DNA of 61,623 nt, counting the filler, from Choristocarpus tenellus KU-1152 (taxonomy: Eukaryota > Protista > Phaeophyceae): NCBI GenBank assembly GCA_964200185.2. It is 10 parts of 10 records of this genome, joined end to end, with 100 filler letters (N's around TTAATTAATTAA, not from the genome) between each part and the next. Parts side by side here need not be neighbours in the genome. Positions count along the whole stretch, not along the records: positions 8,223 to 13,810 come from CAXNAD020010330.1; positions 13,911 to 22,046 come from CAXNAD020005094.1; positions 22,147 to 29,670 come from CAXNAD020006020.1; 7 more parts are not named here. One strand, 5' to 3'. How positions within the stretch are numbered: the first letter of the stretch is position 1; every line of letters begins with the position of its first letter. The notes beneath the pieces are model-generated. The model had not been told where the DNA came from and did not search any database. It was given only the letters and a program-made list of their open reading frames with translations. Both the position numbers and the translations under genes were made by a program. Of this stretch, positions 12,502-26,694 are shown piece by piece.

Positions 12502-13490
12502 GGAAAGTTTATGAAGTAATCTGAGTTTTGTGGATGGGAAAATCCTGTTAGGAACGTGGTACTAGGGAGGGGTGAGGAAGGAATAAGAAAAAGGGGGTGA
12601 AAGAAGAGTTAAGTACTCAGTGGCTAGGAGGTAGAAGGGGTAGGAGAGAATTTAAAGAAATGGGGGTAGGTGGAGGCACATGGAAAGAAGGAATGATCAG
12701 TATGTAAAGAAAACCTAGGGCTGGTGGTACAGTACGAGGAGGACTACAACAAGACAACCTCCGAGCAAGTTCTCCCGCCCACCCACACCCTCACTTGCTT
12801 GCGACCGATTGGGATGCTGGGTAAAGGAAGAGGAGGTCAAGTTCGGGCGGGTTAGATGTCTTCTAGTTCAAAGGAAAGGTATGAAGTGAATGATGAAGGG
12901 GTGATCTTGGATGATTATGGAGTGTTGTGGAGTAGTGTGGGGGAGTGGTAAGTGGTATAGGGAATTGTTAAGTGGTGCGGGGTTAAATGGTGTCGAATGG
13001 TGTGGTGGAGTGGTAAGTGGTGTGGGGTTGAAGGGTGGGGTGGTAACTGGAAATCAGTGGCAAAGGGGGTTTGCATTGGTTGGTCATCTCATGGGGGGGG
13101 AGGTAATTGGAAATCAGTGGCGAAGGGGTTGCATTGGTTGGTCATCAGATGTGGGGGGTGATTGGAAATCAATGGCGAAGGGGTCGCATTTTTTGGTCAT
13201 CAGGTGTAGGGGATGACTGGAAATCAATGGCTAACGGGGTTGGCACTGGTTGGTCATCGGAGGTGGGCGTTTTCTGGAATTCAGTGGCAAAAGGGGTTGT
13301 GCTGGTTGGTCATCAGGTGTGGGGGGTGACTGGAAATCAGTGGCAAAGGGGGTTGGCACTGCTTGGTCATCGGAGGTGGGGGGTGACTGGAAATCAGTGG
13401 CAAAGGGGGGTGGCACTTCTTGGTCATCGGAGGTGGGGGGTGACTGGAAATCAGTGGCAAAAGGGGGTTCGCACTGATTAGTCATCAGAG
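12502..13490 (+). repeat. Dispersed repeat family ending in a 57-bp satellite (about 8 units, 13036-13487)
   Basis: Collinear with 60997-61623 starting at GGAAAGTTTATGAAGTAATCTGAGTTTT. Unit is GGGGGTGACTGGAAATCAGTGGCAAAGGGGGTTGGCACTG.TTGGTCATCGGAGGT. Confidence 0.9.
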
Positions 13491-14054
13491 ATAGGCGTTG
13501 ATGTTACAGGCGCCCCTCAATGCTCACCTTTCCAGGGTGTACAAGTCAAATCCAATCCACAGATTAACGCACGTCAGCTCAGCAGAACAGTAGTACTCTC
13601 AGGTGAATCTCAAGTAGCACAATGAAATTGTATAATCGATATCAGAAAGAGAGAACTGAATCAGTAGGGCTTCTCTGGTTCAGAGGAACTGAGCCGTTTG
13701 GAGTCGTTTTTAGTATCTCTTATCATCATTTACCGTTGGGGCTCTTCTCTGGTTTATAAACATTGGAATATATTTGAGAACCTTTGCGACCTTTCCATCT
13801 GGGACCCTTTNNNNNNNNNNNNNNNNNNNNNNNNNNNNNNNNNNNNNNNNNNNNTTAATTAATTAANNNNNNNNNNNNNNNNNNNNNNNNNNNNNNNNNN
13901 NNNNNNNNNNCAACAGGAGGGATAAGCAAATTTCCCATCCCAATCCACCTCCGCCTATCATGAAGCTTGCCATTCACCTCTACAGTATATATATATATAT
14001 ATATCTACCATGAGATACATAACACCATCAATCCCTCCATCCACCCTCTCTCAC

Positions 14055-17000
14055 CCTTAGCTGCGTCAAAGCCCTGACAACATTAGCACCACAATTTTGT
14101 GCCAGTGTGCGTGGGATGACCTCCAGTGCACTTGCTGCAGCCTTGAAAGACCACTGCTGAACGCCTTCCACATTCTGTACAAAAATGTATCATACAATAA
14201 GAATGTTGAGGGACAAGAATACTATCAATATGGAGGGTGAGTCTTTACCAACGGTAACTCCCACGTGCTAGTCGACACAGCAGGCCAAAAAAGATTTGCT
14301 TCCAATTATTCAAATTAAAAAAACAGTGCAATAGCCTTAGATAGCAAGGTGTGTCAATGCATCCACCCACCTTAATTGACACCGACTGATTAATGAACTT
14401 AGTGTATCAGAGAATGTTTACCCCAGAAAAGCATTATATTCATACAAAAAATTCATTGAAACACTCTTGGGATGTCAGATATCTACAGGGGAAAATGGTA
14501 AAGGACATTAAAATCACTGCAACCAGTCACATTCTACAAAATTTGCTGAGAGATGGTCTTCCACTGATGATATTAATTGACATGACATGACATGACATGA
14601 TATTGACATTAATTGATTTAAATGTATTTCATTTCCAAGGTGCACTTGTCACTTGTCCAATCACATCTTTTAGGTGAGTTTGTGAAGAGGTTACCTGAGC
14701 TTCACGTGTCAAAGCTTGAGAAACAGACATCTCCGTGGCACCCCCTCCAGGAACCAAGCGTGGCTCAAACACCACATTGCGAACAACCTGTAGGTACATG
14801 CAATGACTAAAGTGGATGACTCGATCAAGACTAAAGTGGAGCTGTATCTATATTGTGCAACATTCCAAATATGCCAACTCCTCTTCACACACTAGTAAAA
14901 TCATATTGTTGGGTGCACTGATTGTTGAACAAGAAATAACCACAAAGATGTACTGGGGTAAGGGTCCACAGTAGTAGAGTATCAGTCACAACACCACTTA
15001 TTTCCAATAAATAATCTCACATTATTGCTAGGATATCAAGACCCCGATTCATTAATCCACACATCTATATAATTAATCAATCAATCGAGTCCATCTGATG
15101 TCACCTGCATGGTCTACAATTCAAGGGAGGGCTAAAAAAAAGAGCAAAATATACTATACCCTAACCCGAAGTGGAAGTACAGGAGTAAAATAAATAAATA
15201 TATATTCAACATATTGCAGGGATTAGGATTAGGATTAGGATCAAAAGTTTGCATACCTGCCAGGGGATCAGCCACATGGCACATGCAAGAAGTGTTTGGC
15301 ACACCCTTGACATCCATCATACATAGGTAGTATCCATAAAACTCCGGTTCAATTTCCTCACTCCGTTAATAGTAATCGATAGCTCTTACTTCGGATATTA
15401 TTAGGCTCTCTTTAAGTTGCCCCACTACAGAATACAACACCATCCTCGTCCTGCCCTCAGCAGTTAGGAGTGGATTGAGACGTATACACAGTTGTTGACT
15501 ATGCTTTAAAAGATGCTATTAAGTCAAAATGAAATCTACCAAAAAGAGGAAGGTCTTCGTGATCACAACAATGAAGCCCATCCACAGTTGACTTGAATAC
15601 TATTGTGTCTCAATCCCAACACCAACACCCACCAAACATCTTCCCGAACTCAAAGCCGTATTGCACTAATGATACGCACCTTGCTATAACAGACTATGGT
15701 TGTACTGCCATGTAGGGGAACAAACTATTATCATCATTCAACTAAAGTAACACTGTTCTGGTTCAGAGGTATGGTTGCTACCACTTCGGAGAGAGAGAGA
15801 GAGAGAGAGGAAAGAGTATGGTGCTCACCTGCATGGCATCCGCGAGGTTTCTTTCCACCTCATTGAGAACATCCTTGCTGCCCCCCCTCAACAGGATGGT
15901 ACACGCCTTGGGGTCTGAACACTTTTCCACAAACGAAAAGTACCTATGGTAGTATTGTAAATAATGAACAATAGTATCCATGGTTTACAAACAGATCGAG
16001 AGTATATTAGAATCAGGCGTATTCTACAATAGGACATCCTGTACATTCACTATATGGGAGACCGTACACATTTACCACCAAAATAAATAAATCCCAAAGT
16101 AACATTCATAAAAAGATGGAAAGAAAAAGATATTGCACACCACAGCGCAGCCTATCAAATGTACTGAATCAAAAAATGGATACAATATAAAAATATAAAA
16201 CTCTTGCACACTTCTTGCCTAGAGCCAATCACAACGGTGGACACACAAAAGATCGCTTAGAAAAGCCTTCCTGCTTCTTCTACACACAAAACAAAGCATG
16301 TTTTGTGGCCTTCCTTGTGACCAATCAAATCATCTCATTGAACCAACAACAAAAAATATCCAGGACATCCAAATTCTGAGGTACTATAGCAGACAAGGTA
16401 AAAATAAAAAACATATCAACTCCACACTAGACTACAAGATGCAACATTAACGTCAACCTAAACCATCACCACTACAAGACTAGTCCCACTACAGCCCCAT
16501 TCAAGACACAATAACCCAGATTTCACAGCACTGTAACAGCTCACAGAGGAGTAGAACGAACAATCTACTCTATACCACAATGTTAGAAGGTGGAGGAGGG
16601 AGGGGGGGGGGGGAGTTCGTGTATGAATATGATGACCATGACTTAAAAAAAGAACAAGAACAAGACTATTTGTACGTGCATTACTCACTCATCGCCAATC
16701 TTGCGCACTTCAAATAGTCCACATCCCACACCAATGTCAGACTCCTCAATCTCGTCTGTTCTACTCACTACAGTGGCTCCCACCGCCCGAGCAATTCGAT
16801 TGTTGTCAGTCTTCCTTAGCCGTCGGAAGGCCTATCCACATCAACATCGCATAACAGACGGAACCGGACACATCACTGTGTTTATCCATTTATCCAAATC
16901 AACACAGTGTTTCCTCCCTTGAGGAAAGGATGAAACCCAACTTTGGAGCAATTTCTTGGTGTATGATGTGTTGAAATGGTGGGTGGTTGGGGTCAGATGC

Positions 17001-20000
17001 TGAAAGGTTTTATACTTTCTTGTGAGTCAGCAGGGGTTGTAAATTTGTGTAGGGACAGTACCGTAATTAGCGCGTTACTAGGCAGTTACGAAAAGGAAGT
17101 TCTCCTCCCTTTAACAATACACAGTTTTAAAGAAAATGCACACATGGACCCTCTTTACTTGGTAAGTATAGTAAAAACATAAATGTGGAAAAACATAAGG
17201 AGCAAAACAAAATCCATGAAACCAACAAAAAAATATCATGCCCAATCACTACCAGAATTCCCAAGAGAATGACCCTAACCAATCAAGGGTAAGAATAGCA
17301 CGAGAAGATCACCAAGCAGAAGAGTATTTACACCTCCCCTTCTGTAGGTGCATTCACCAAAACCTTCTATTCTCTGGCCCAATGTGATAAATCCATTCTA
17401 GCTGGGGTGTGTGAACGAATTGAAAAAACAATGAGAATGACAAAGAGAGCAAAAACATTATGCTTGTGTATAAAAAACAATGAGAGCAAAAAAAATATGG
17501 TTGTGTATAAAAAACAATGAGAATGACAATGAGAGCAAAAAAAATATGGTTGTGTATAAAAAACAATGAGAATGACAATGAGAGCAAAAACATTATGCTT
17601 GTGTATAAAAAACAATGAGAATGACAATGAGAGCAAAAACATTATGCTTGTGTATGGGCATGCATGTAAAAAATAATGGAAAATGATCAAATGCATCCAA
17701 TGCACTAACACAGTAAAAAAACACACTCTATCACTACTAGAAATATCATATTAACCCTAACCCTAACAGTGTGCAAAAAAATGAAATAAAGCCCATTCAG
17801 TTGACCAGGTGACTAAACCTAAAAAACTAAATATTTTCATCCAGCAATAAATAAATATAAGTAGGATATCATTATATATTTACTGCTACCAACAGCAGAA
17901 CAATCAACTCAACATGCACCTTACACCACACCACCAACTATACCCTAACCTTACGTGAACCACTGCTACTATTGATACTATTGATAAAAGAATAACTTAT
18001 CTACATCGCGCATCCTAGTTAACATTAGGGTTAGGGTTAGCATCCTAGTTAACAATAATAATAATTATAATAACAAAAAGAAAAAGTCTTGTATATAAAT
18101 AAACACCATTCAGTTGAAAGAACTAACTCACGGTGATGTTGGCCTTCATCAGGTAGTGCTGGGCAAGGTCACTGACGCCTTTCTCAGTGATGACAATGTC
18201 AGGTCGGAAGGCAACAATCTGAGCACAAATGTTCTCAATGTACTCTTCTTCCATCCTCAGCAAGGTGTTCCAGTCTTCCTCTTTCGTCACCTCCACATTT
18301 GTCTGTGACTGCTCATACCATCGACCCCACCCCCCCCACACACACACACCATTCATCATCCAGGAACAAAGTGACAATTTGTAGTGATACCCAATCATTG
18401 TGTGCATCCATAGGGAGAAGGTGGGTAAGGGCTGTAACAGATAAAGGGTATGAATATCACAACATGGATCACTCGAAGAAGTAGCAAATCTCGGTGAACA
18501 GACATCAAAGGTGAACTGTCAAGAAAGGACTAAGATTGTTATAGCTGGGATTAAGGAGAGAGGACCCTTGCCTCGGAAGGCACAATGGCCAAGGGTCAAC
18601 CCTAACCCTTACTTATTGGAGATACCCCATCGAGTCGAAACATGATTCTGATGATACCTTGTACACATCACAAAAAATAAGAAAAAACATTATTTAACCT
18701 AGACCTAACCTAGAATGGAAAGGAATACAAAACAAACTTGACACCACAGGATGCCAAAATGTTCAATATAAGTCATGATCAAAGTGATATGAAAGGGCAC
18801 CTCTCCCTTCTTGTACTCCAATGGACAGTCCAACAGCAGTATCCGAGGGTTCTCTATCCTCCTCCGCATCTTGGCATGGGTCACATCCTTGTTGAACATC
18901 ACGCCATCCAGAACCTGGCAAAACGACAGATACATCATAGCCCATCAAGATAACACAACAAAACAAGAAGCAATGTGGGCGTTGACTGTCTATTGAGAGT
19001 TTTACAGACTGACACAGCAGCAGTTGCGTTCTAAGGGCTTAGTCTTTTGGATGTAGGCTTAGGTTTCATGCAAGTACACTAACGCTTGTGACAATAATGC
19101 AATAGATCAGGTCAACCACTTACGAGGGTTCTCCATGTAAACAATTAGGGACATTTCAAGGAGAGGAGTTATCCACTTCCCTCATGGGTATGTTCACAAT
19201 CTAACAACTTCACACATGGGATATTACTTGGAGTTAACCACAGGTAAAAGAAGCAAATGCAAGGGTGAACAAAAGGGTGTTCCCTCATACCAAAAATGTG
19301 ATGCAAGTGTGGCATTCAAGACAGTACACTAGATAATACAAATCACGTTCAAAGTTTTGCACTAAAAAAATACATGATGAATGTCATAGATGCAACAGCT
19401 GTACTCACACTACACTTGTGTATGGTATGCGTAGTAACAAGAGAGCTAAGCAAAGGCTGGAAGGCGTATTGTTTCAATTAAATTTAAACCGACCTCTGCA
19501 GCGAATTAAGTAAGGGTACATTCACCTGGGGTTGGACCAAGGGTCATCATCACCAAAATGAGACTTGCAATCCCTACCCTCCCTATACTGCCTCCCATAT
19601 GCCACCACCATATATATATACTAGTTCACCAGGCATGTCTGAAGGAACCACAACAGATATGTAAGACCAAACACATCAACACCCCTACAACAATGCCGTG
19701 TGTTCAACACCCCAACCCTACATAAGGTGTTAACATCACATTGATACGTATCACACTCTTACTTCAACAGAGACCAAAAAGGATGCCATTGCCTTCAAAC
19801 GTTCATATGTCATTGCCTTCAAACGTTCATCATCCCAAAGTCTACAGGAAAGACACACAACCATAAGTTGTAGGAAGTGTAGTATCTCATAAACATTCAA
19901 AAATGATCTTTGTATCTAAAATAAACATTCAAAATCTAAAACCGTTATCTAAAATCAACTAATACCAATGAGCCAACAAATAAATTAGCCCTACCACCAT

Positions 20001-21879
20001 GTGCCAGCCAGCATTGAAAGATTAAACACATCTTTAGCAATTGTCAGCAACAGCATTACAATGGAGAACACAGCAACAGGATGTAACATAAAAAAAGGGC
20101 ACTGTAGGCACTGGGACAAAAAATAAATTAAACTCAAAAATACACAAAAGCACAGTCCCCAAATCTCACCATGCACTGGTCGAGTTCCCCCCCAGGGATC
20201 TTCTCCACCCTGGCATACCGCTTGACATCCACTTCAACCCTTCCATCAACAACAGTGCGAATACGCTTCACTGCATCAATAGCCATGCTCACCAACCGGT
20301 CACCCCACCTGAAGGATGAATACAACACAAAACACTGAACTAAATTGTTACTATTACTCAGGGAAGTGGCATCGTGTAATCTTTTCAAGCCAAGAAGTCC
20401 TTCCAATTCAATGAAAATGCAAATACGTAATACATACATCCATACATACCTGACCTATTTACCACATTATGGTCAATAGTTCTGCCATAATGTCCATAAA
20501 TGCTACAACACAAAAATCATCACGCATCGTGCATTAAACACACCCTCCTCTCTGTCTCCTCTGGGGGGGTTGAGGGGTGTACATTGCCCCTTCCCTTTTG
20601 GACCACCTTGTACTCAGCCTCCTCCAGCTCTAATCTCTCTAGGTCTAGGTTCCATTCCCTTCATCTGGCATTCACAATCTATCTAGAGGGTAATATTACA
20701 AATTTGCACAAAATGCAAACAATACACACCTGAAATAAAAGCAACCAAGCCCACCTCATCATACAAGAGAGAACACACTCCTATCTGCCACACTAGGAAA
20801 AGAAAACAGCTGATAACACTGATAACACTACTAACACACAAGAGAATAAAATGTAACAAGGTATAATAACATACATAATGCACAAACAAGTGTCAGGTCA
20901 GGAGGGTGCAGCAGTCTGCCGTCAGTAGCCCCCCCTCCCCTCCCTCAACCAAAATTCTCCCAAGCAAAAAACCCTGCAACAGAAGTCACCCAAAACAGAC
21001 ATGCACATTAGACAAAATGTACTGCTTGCATTCTTAAAGCACAGTATACGCTCCCAATACGATCAATTCTTCAAGCCAAAGATCTTGCCCTAAGCCCATC
21101 AAAACCTGTCTCAAAAATTACCTTTACAATAATTTTCTTTCGCTGGTTAATGTAATACAAACATGCAAAACCCAAACAATGAGCAAACCAAAGAACTTCA
21201 CATTGTAATGGTGCCTTAAAAAGAACACTACCGACACGACATCACCTTGGCGAAAACTTGGTTCCAACTGCAGCATCCACCAGCTGCTTCAGCTCTGCTC
21301 CATTGTCGATATCCACATCAATCGCCAGAGCAGCACAAGCATCCAGTGCAGTCTGCAGAGCACGTGTGTACCCTGCTACAATCTTCAACAACAAAAAAAA
21401 TCAAACAACAAATGCGAATTGTGAGCAGTGTCTATGTGAACGGATGACAAATGAATCAGAGACACATGACACTGCAGCACAAAGACAGATTCCAAGACAA
21501 AAGGACAAACAACACCAACAGCACATGGTCCTCTCTCACAAAACCTCCAAGACACTATACACAAAACAAGAGCATGCACCGAGCTCAAGAACTGACCACC
21601 TTAGTGATTGATGGCTTTGTCCAGGGGTAATATGTTGGTAATACTTCACGCAACTTGTCGTCCTCTACCGTTGAATTACTGTTATTATTATCCATCGCAT
21701 CATCAAAGCAATGAAATTTTATGTAGGCATTGTACCTCCGTAGTACTATCTCCAACACATGAAAGAAGTGAAATCAAAAAACCGCACCAAATATTGTCAA
21801 TATTGTCACTTTTGTATTACCTGCGTAGGATGTACATTCCGTACAAGAATAGGCTCCGCCACAGATAGCATCTCCCCAG
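14055..21879 (-). CDS. CCT3: T-complex protein 1 subunit gamma (CCT-gamma), internal part
   Basis: Exons 21821-21879, 21246-21382, 20170-20308, 18801-18914, 18132-18308, 16689-16831, 15829-15943, 14695-14787, 14055-14174, all GT-AG and in phase. Peptides [114 protein letters not shown]. Confidence 0.97.
17420..17656. repeat. Intronic minisatellite, about 37-48 bp units
   Basis: AAAAAACAATGAGAATGACAATGAGAGCAAAAA(CATTATGC/AATATGG)TTGTGTAT repeated about five times. Confidence 0.85.
18010..18054. repeat. Interstitial telomeric insertion with a 15-bp flanking direct repeat
   Basis: GCATCCTAGTTAACA-TTAGGGTTAGGGTTA-GCATCCTAGTTAACA. Confidence 0.9.
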
Positions 21880-22785
21880 CTGCAACAGCAACAGCAACAC
21901 ATAATGAGATTCACATAATGTAAGATCAACACTCTCCTAAAAGGTAAACTGAGTATGCATGGGTTTGCCAGTACATTAGCTACTGTGGGCACAATGCCAC
22001 TCTGTACCCCACCCCCCCCCAAAAAAAAAAGTCAACTACATAACACNNNNNNNNNNNNNNNNNNNNNNNNNNNNNNNNNNNNNNNNNNNNTTAATTAATT
22101 AANNNNNNNNNNNNNNNNNNNNNNNNNNNNNNNNNNNNNNNNNNNNCCCCCCCCCACACACACACACACTCACTTTGACCTGATGTTTTAGTTACTACTG
22201 TTGGCTATTCGGGTGATTTCAAGGGAGGGCTTTTTCAATGGGGATATGATCAATTGCCAGGTAGATAATTTTGAAGCTAAAGGGTAATTTTTAGCGGCAG
22301 CTACTAGTATGATAGCACAGTGGAGTGCTTGGATATAGTGGAGCACCTAGTGCTTTGAAGTAGAATTGACTGCCGTGTAGCTTGGAGGGAGGGTGTAGGT
22401 AGCATTCTGCAGCAAGAGGATGTGCTACAGACACACACATGCTTGTATGGATGTTTTCTGTAGTGAAAAGCGGAACAACTGAGAATATTTTTTTCAGTTC
22501 ATTAGAATGATGAGGATGACCTGTAACAGTTTGAAGAGTGCAAACCTATCAATGCCCTTATCCCCATTCGTTCATCCGTCTACTGCACTAAACATAAGAC
22601 TTGGTAGATAAATTAGGTATTGATTGCTGTGTAGGCCAGGCCTTGAGTATAACACAAGTACTTATGTTATAGGTCAGCTGATTGCCCATCTACAAACACA
22701 GGAGGAGACTCCTACCTTCTGCTAGTATGTGCATTCATTGGTATCCCTCAATAAACACATTACCTATCTTACACCCTTCTTTCAG

Positions 22786-24885
22786 GATGCAGAGGCAGCA
22801 TGGGCCTTCCGTCGACACTTTGCTGGACAATCAGGTATCTCCTCACTCCTGTGTCATATCTTCACCTGTGGAGAACGCTTCCCTCACAGGGTCATTTTTG
22901 ACAGACGTACTGCAAGGGTGGTCAGTTGGGAGTTCCGTCCAGGGTGAGTGATAGGTGCAGAAGTAGTGCTTCTTGAGCCCTAATGTGGTGTAGGTACAGA
23001 CTTCAATAAGATGAGTTTGGTAGAATCTGTGTACTAAAGTTTTTGAAACATTTAGTATGCTTTGTATGGGGAGATATCCTTCTTTTTCATTTGGTATCTT
23101 TTGTTATGCACCTGTTGCATGCTTGCACTTCCTCCTCTTGTTGATGACAACTCAAGACATTCAAAACGCTTGCCTGGAGTGTGATTATTGCTTGAGTAGT
23201 GTTTGTCCTCCTTACATACCTGGATGTATCCCAATACTTGATGCGGTTTGAGATCCACTCTTCTGAGGAGCTGACACGGTTTGTCTACATTTTCTCCCTT
23301 TGCTCTGATGTGTCCAGATAGCGCAATCTCTCACTGTGCATGTTTTGCTGACTGGATCTTGCCCACTCCATCAACATTGTTTTTCTTCATATCATATTGT
23401 TTTTTCTATTTATACTGTTGCATGTGGTGACAGGTACACGCAACATGGTCTGTTGGAGCAGAACGAGGATGTGCCCTTCCGTCTAACTCGAAACCTTACA
23501 GCTCTGATGTCACCAATGCTTGTGGAGGTGAGGCAGACAAGCACTGAGAACGAAATTATCACCTACTATTTCCAAAATACTCTGCATGTGGGGACAGTGG
23601 TTGGTAATCTAACGGTCCAGGGCGTTGTAGTCTTGTGTGTCAATTTGACAGACACACTCAACTTCTCTCAGCCATTGTTATCATCACAACAGCGATTCCC
23701 CTTCAGGTATTTTAGAATCTCCCTCCCTCTAGTGAAGGCTAGATGCAAGCCTACATGTACTCAATGTGGTTAAGTGTGTGAAGGGCCTTACCTACTCACT
23801 TTTCGAGCCAAGCAAGTGAATCCCTTCGTAACATCAAAATAATGGATGGGTATCAAATAAAACAAATACAGTCCATATGGGAAGTGTGAGGTCACAGACT
23901 CCTCCAGGTTTTACTCCACATCCTCTTGTTTTGTCATTTGATTCATCACTTTTTGTGTCACATGCTTCCAGGGCGTCTTGGCTGCAACAATGACATCAGT
24001 GAGTGGTACACTCATGGCCAAGCGTGAGGTTTTGGAGCCCTTCCTTGCACTTGTCCTAAGGGATGACCTGTTGTCATGGCATGCCAGCAAAACTCCAGCC
24101 CGGAGTGAGGAACAGCAACGTGCAGTAAGTATGAATATGAGTATTTTTACATGTGTGATGGGACCAGTTCTGTGACCTGTGTTTCTTTGCAGGAGTTTGG
24201 TGTGTTGAATATGCATTCCATATTATCCTCTTGCAAAACCTTCATCCTTTTGCTTTGTTCCCTTCATTGAGAGACAAGAGTGCTTTGGCGGTGATATATC
24301 AAGTGAAACCGTTTTGGAGTTCCTTGTGCTTAATGCCTACTTCAATAAAAGCTATTTGAGCACTACAGGTCAAATCAAAGGACAAGATGTTGCCTGATTC
24401 TTTGAAATGATAACCTTGCGACTTGCAATATTGCCCATTCCAAGGATCAGGTGTACTGTTTGAATTGATGATGGATGGGGTAATCTGATATGTAGGCTTG
24501 GATATTTGCCTTCACAAGATGAACAACCACATCACCAGTAGAGTTTGGGTGATCCAGGTTCTTACAGAAAATACAACGTAGGTGTTTTTCCGTTTTTTTG
24601 ATGCTCTATTACACCTTGCTGCCCGTCATCCCCCTCGCCCTCACCTTCACCACTCTCTCTTCTGTGTGCCACTAACTACTTCAGGTGGAGACTCAGCTAA
24701 AGGACCGCATCAGCAAGAATGTTAGTAAGGTACTACTCCGTCTGGACAACCTCCGACCCGAAGTTCGTGTTGACAGTCAGGGGCTAGCCATGCCAGTTGA
24801 TCAAGCGGTGCAGGACCTAATTGCTGCAGCACAGAATGAGACAAACCTTGCCAAGATGAATCCTACATTCTTGAGTTTTGTTTGA
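22786..24885 (+). CDS. TRRAP: TRRAP/Tra1 (PIKK pseudokinase) C-terminus including the FATC region, 5' incomplete
   Basis: Exons 22786-22943, 23434-23527, 23972-24124, 24685-24885 in phase. FRRHFAGQ..., ERFPHRV (no catalytic DRH), EDVPFRLTRNL, LVLRDDLLSW, VQDLIAAAQNETNLAKMNPTFLSFV*. Confidence 0.85.
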
Positions 24886-26694
24886 TATTTTATTGTTCTC
24901 CATCTGGTGGATAAATTTTCAAAGCTTAGGGATGGTGGGTTCAGTGTGATCTTTCATGGAAAGGCGCAAAGGGGAAAGTAAGGTTTGATAATGTGTTGCG
25001 TGATGCTTTAGGTGATGTAAATTGTTTGAGTTTCCTAGAGTATTGTTGTGTATAGCTCGCCAAGGTTTCAGATGTCTGTCCGTCTTGGTGGTTCTTTGGT
25101 TACCAGATACCATAGTTTTTTTTTCTGTAGAAGTGCGATGTGTGAAGGTTTCTTTCAAGAAAGAACATAGAGTAATGAAGTACTTTGTTCATTTTTCGTC
25201 CATTTTTCGTCAAAGAGCATGAGAAATATCATACATACATACATACACATGTATGTGTTGTTGGCCTTTGATGAGAATACTAATTAAGACCAGTGGCAAG
25301 ATCAAAAGTATTGACTTGATTTATTGTTTTGACAGCAGGTCAATTTAGGCAGGGTTCTGCCCTCCCTTTACCTCCTCTACTCACCACATTCACCCAAAAT
25401 TTTGGATCAATGGTTGTTGTCGAAGTACTGGTTATAAATTGAGGGAAGTATGGATCACGATTCAGATATGAAAGAAAAAGCGTCCATGTTTAAGGGTCAG
25501 AGCCTTGGTTTAAGTTTCAAATATGTACGTTAGTCTGCCCACCCAATATAGCTTGTTCGTTGCAGCAGTTGATGGGTATGATACACTTACGGAATTTCAA
25601 TGGAAAAAGGTACGACAAGGAGAAGAGTCTCGCTGCAGTGTATGTTAGGAAAGATTGTTAGTGGGTACCATATACTCTTGCCGATACAACAAAAAAAGTG
25701 GGTTGCACTTGAGATAAGTGGTCACTTGGGGGGGAATATTGTTACATATTTTGCTCTTAATGATAGACATGTAAATGGTTTACAAATACATACTGCTGTG
25801 AGAGGAAAAATCAGAAATCTGCTACCCAACCTGCTCTGTCCACCATGTACCTGCTAGAAAAGACTAATTGTTTTCGTACAAAGTGAGCTGAAGAGTAATA
25901 ATTTTTCTCTGCACAGATGCCTTCAGGTATGCTACAATAGTGTACCTCAAGGTTTATTATTGTAAAACCAAGAAGCAATAAACATCATTATCAAACAATT
26001 TTCCTTGCCCTTCTAACTAAAATTCCACGCATTTTACCCTCCAGACAGTGACTCATTTTCTTCTCACATTGCACTTAGTTCACTGGTCCAAATCAACACA
26101 ATATTATTACTAATAATACTGTCTTCCTCAGTCAACCACCTTGCCCCTCAATCAATCTGTTATCATATCATCGCAATAAATAATGAGTCAAAACCAGGAG
26201 TATTACATTCAGTCAGCTACTATAACTAAACAAAAACGCCTTCACTTGAATGTCCCAATTTTTTCAAAAATCGATCTTATTCCTCATCCTCATTGAGAGG
26301 ATACAGAGGAGGTGGTAGTGCGTGAGTCTATACCTGTGCTTAGTGTGAGCCTTGAAAGAGAAGGCAGAAAAACACCTCCATTCCCAAGGTCAAGCCCACC
26401 CTCCATAAAGCAAGCCCCAGGCAGCTTCTAGTCTACACCCTTGTGTTCTCAGTCCACTCGTCTCACTACTAAAACATGTAGTAGTCTATCCCAACACAGA
26501 GCGGACTGAGACTAAAAAAAGCGACATTATAACATTTTCCTTTCACAGCTTTGTGTAAAGAGCAACATCTTTCTGATCAGAGCTATCCTAATTAGCACCA
26601 ACAACAAAAGCAACACAAGCAACATGCAAAGAGCAGAGGTCAGCCTGAATAGTGGGTACAAGCACACTCTACTAACATGGACGGCATGAAAAGA

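Noticed and set aside
13036-13487. Repeat-protein ORFs or a CRISPR array
   Set aside because: A 57-bp satellite is open in several frames because the unit is a multiple of three; there are no spacers.
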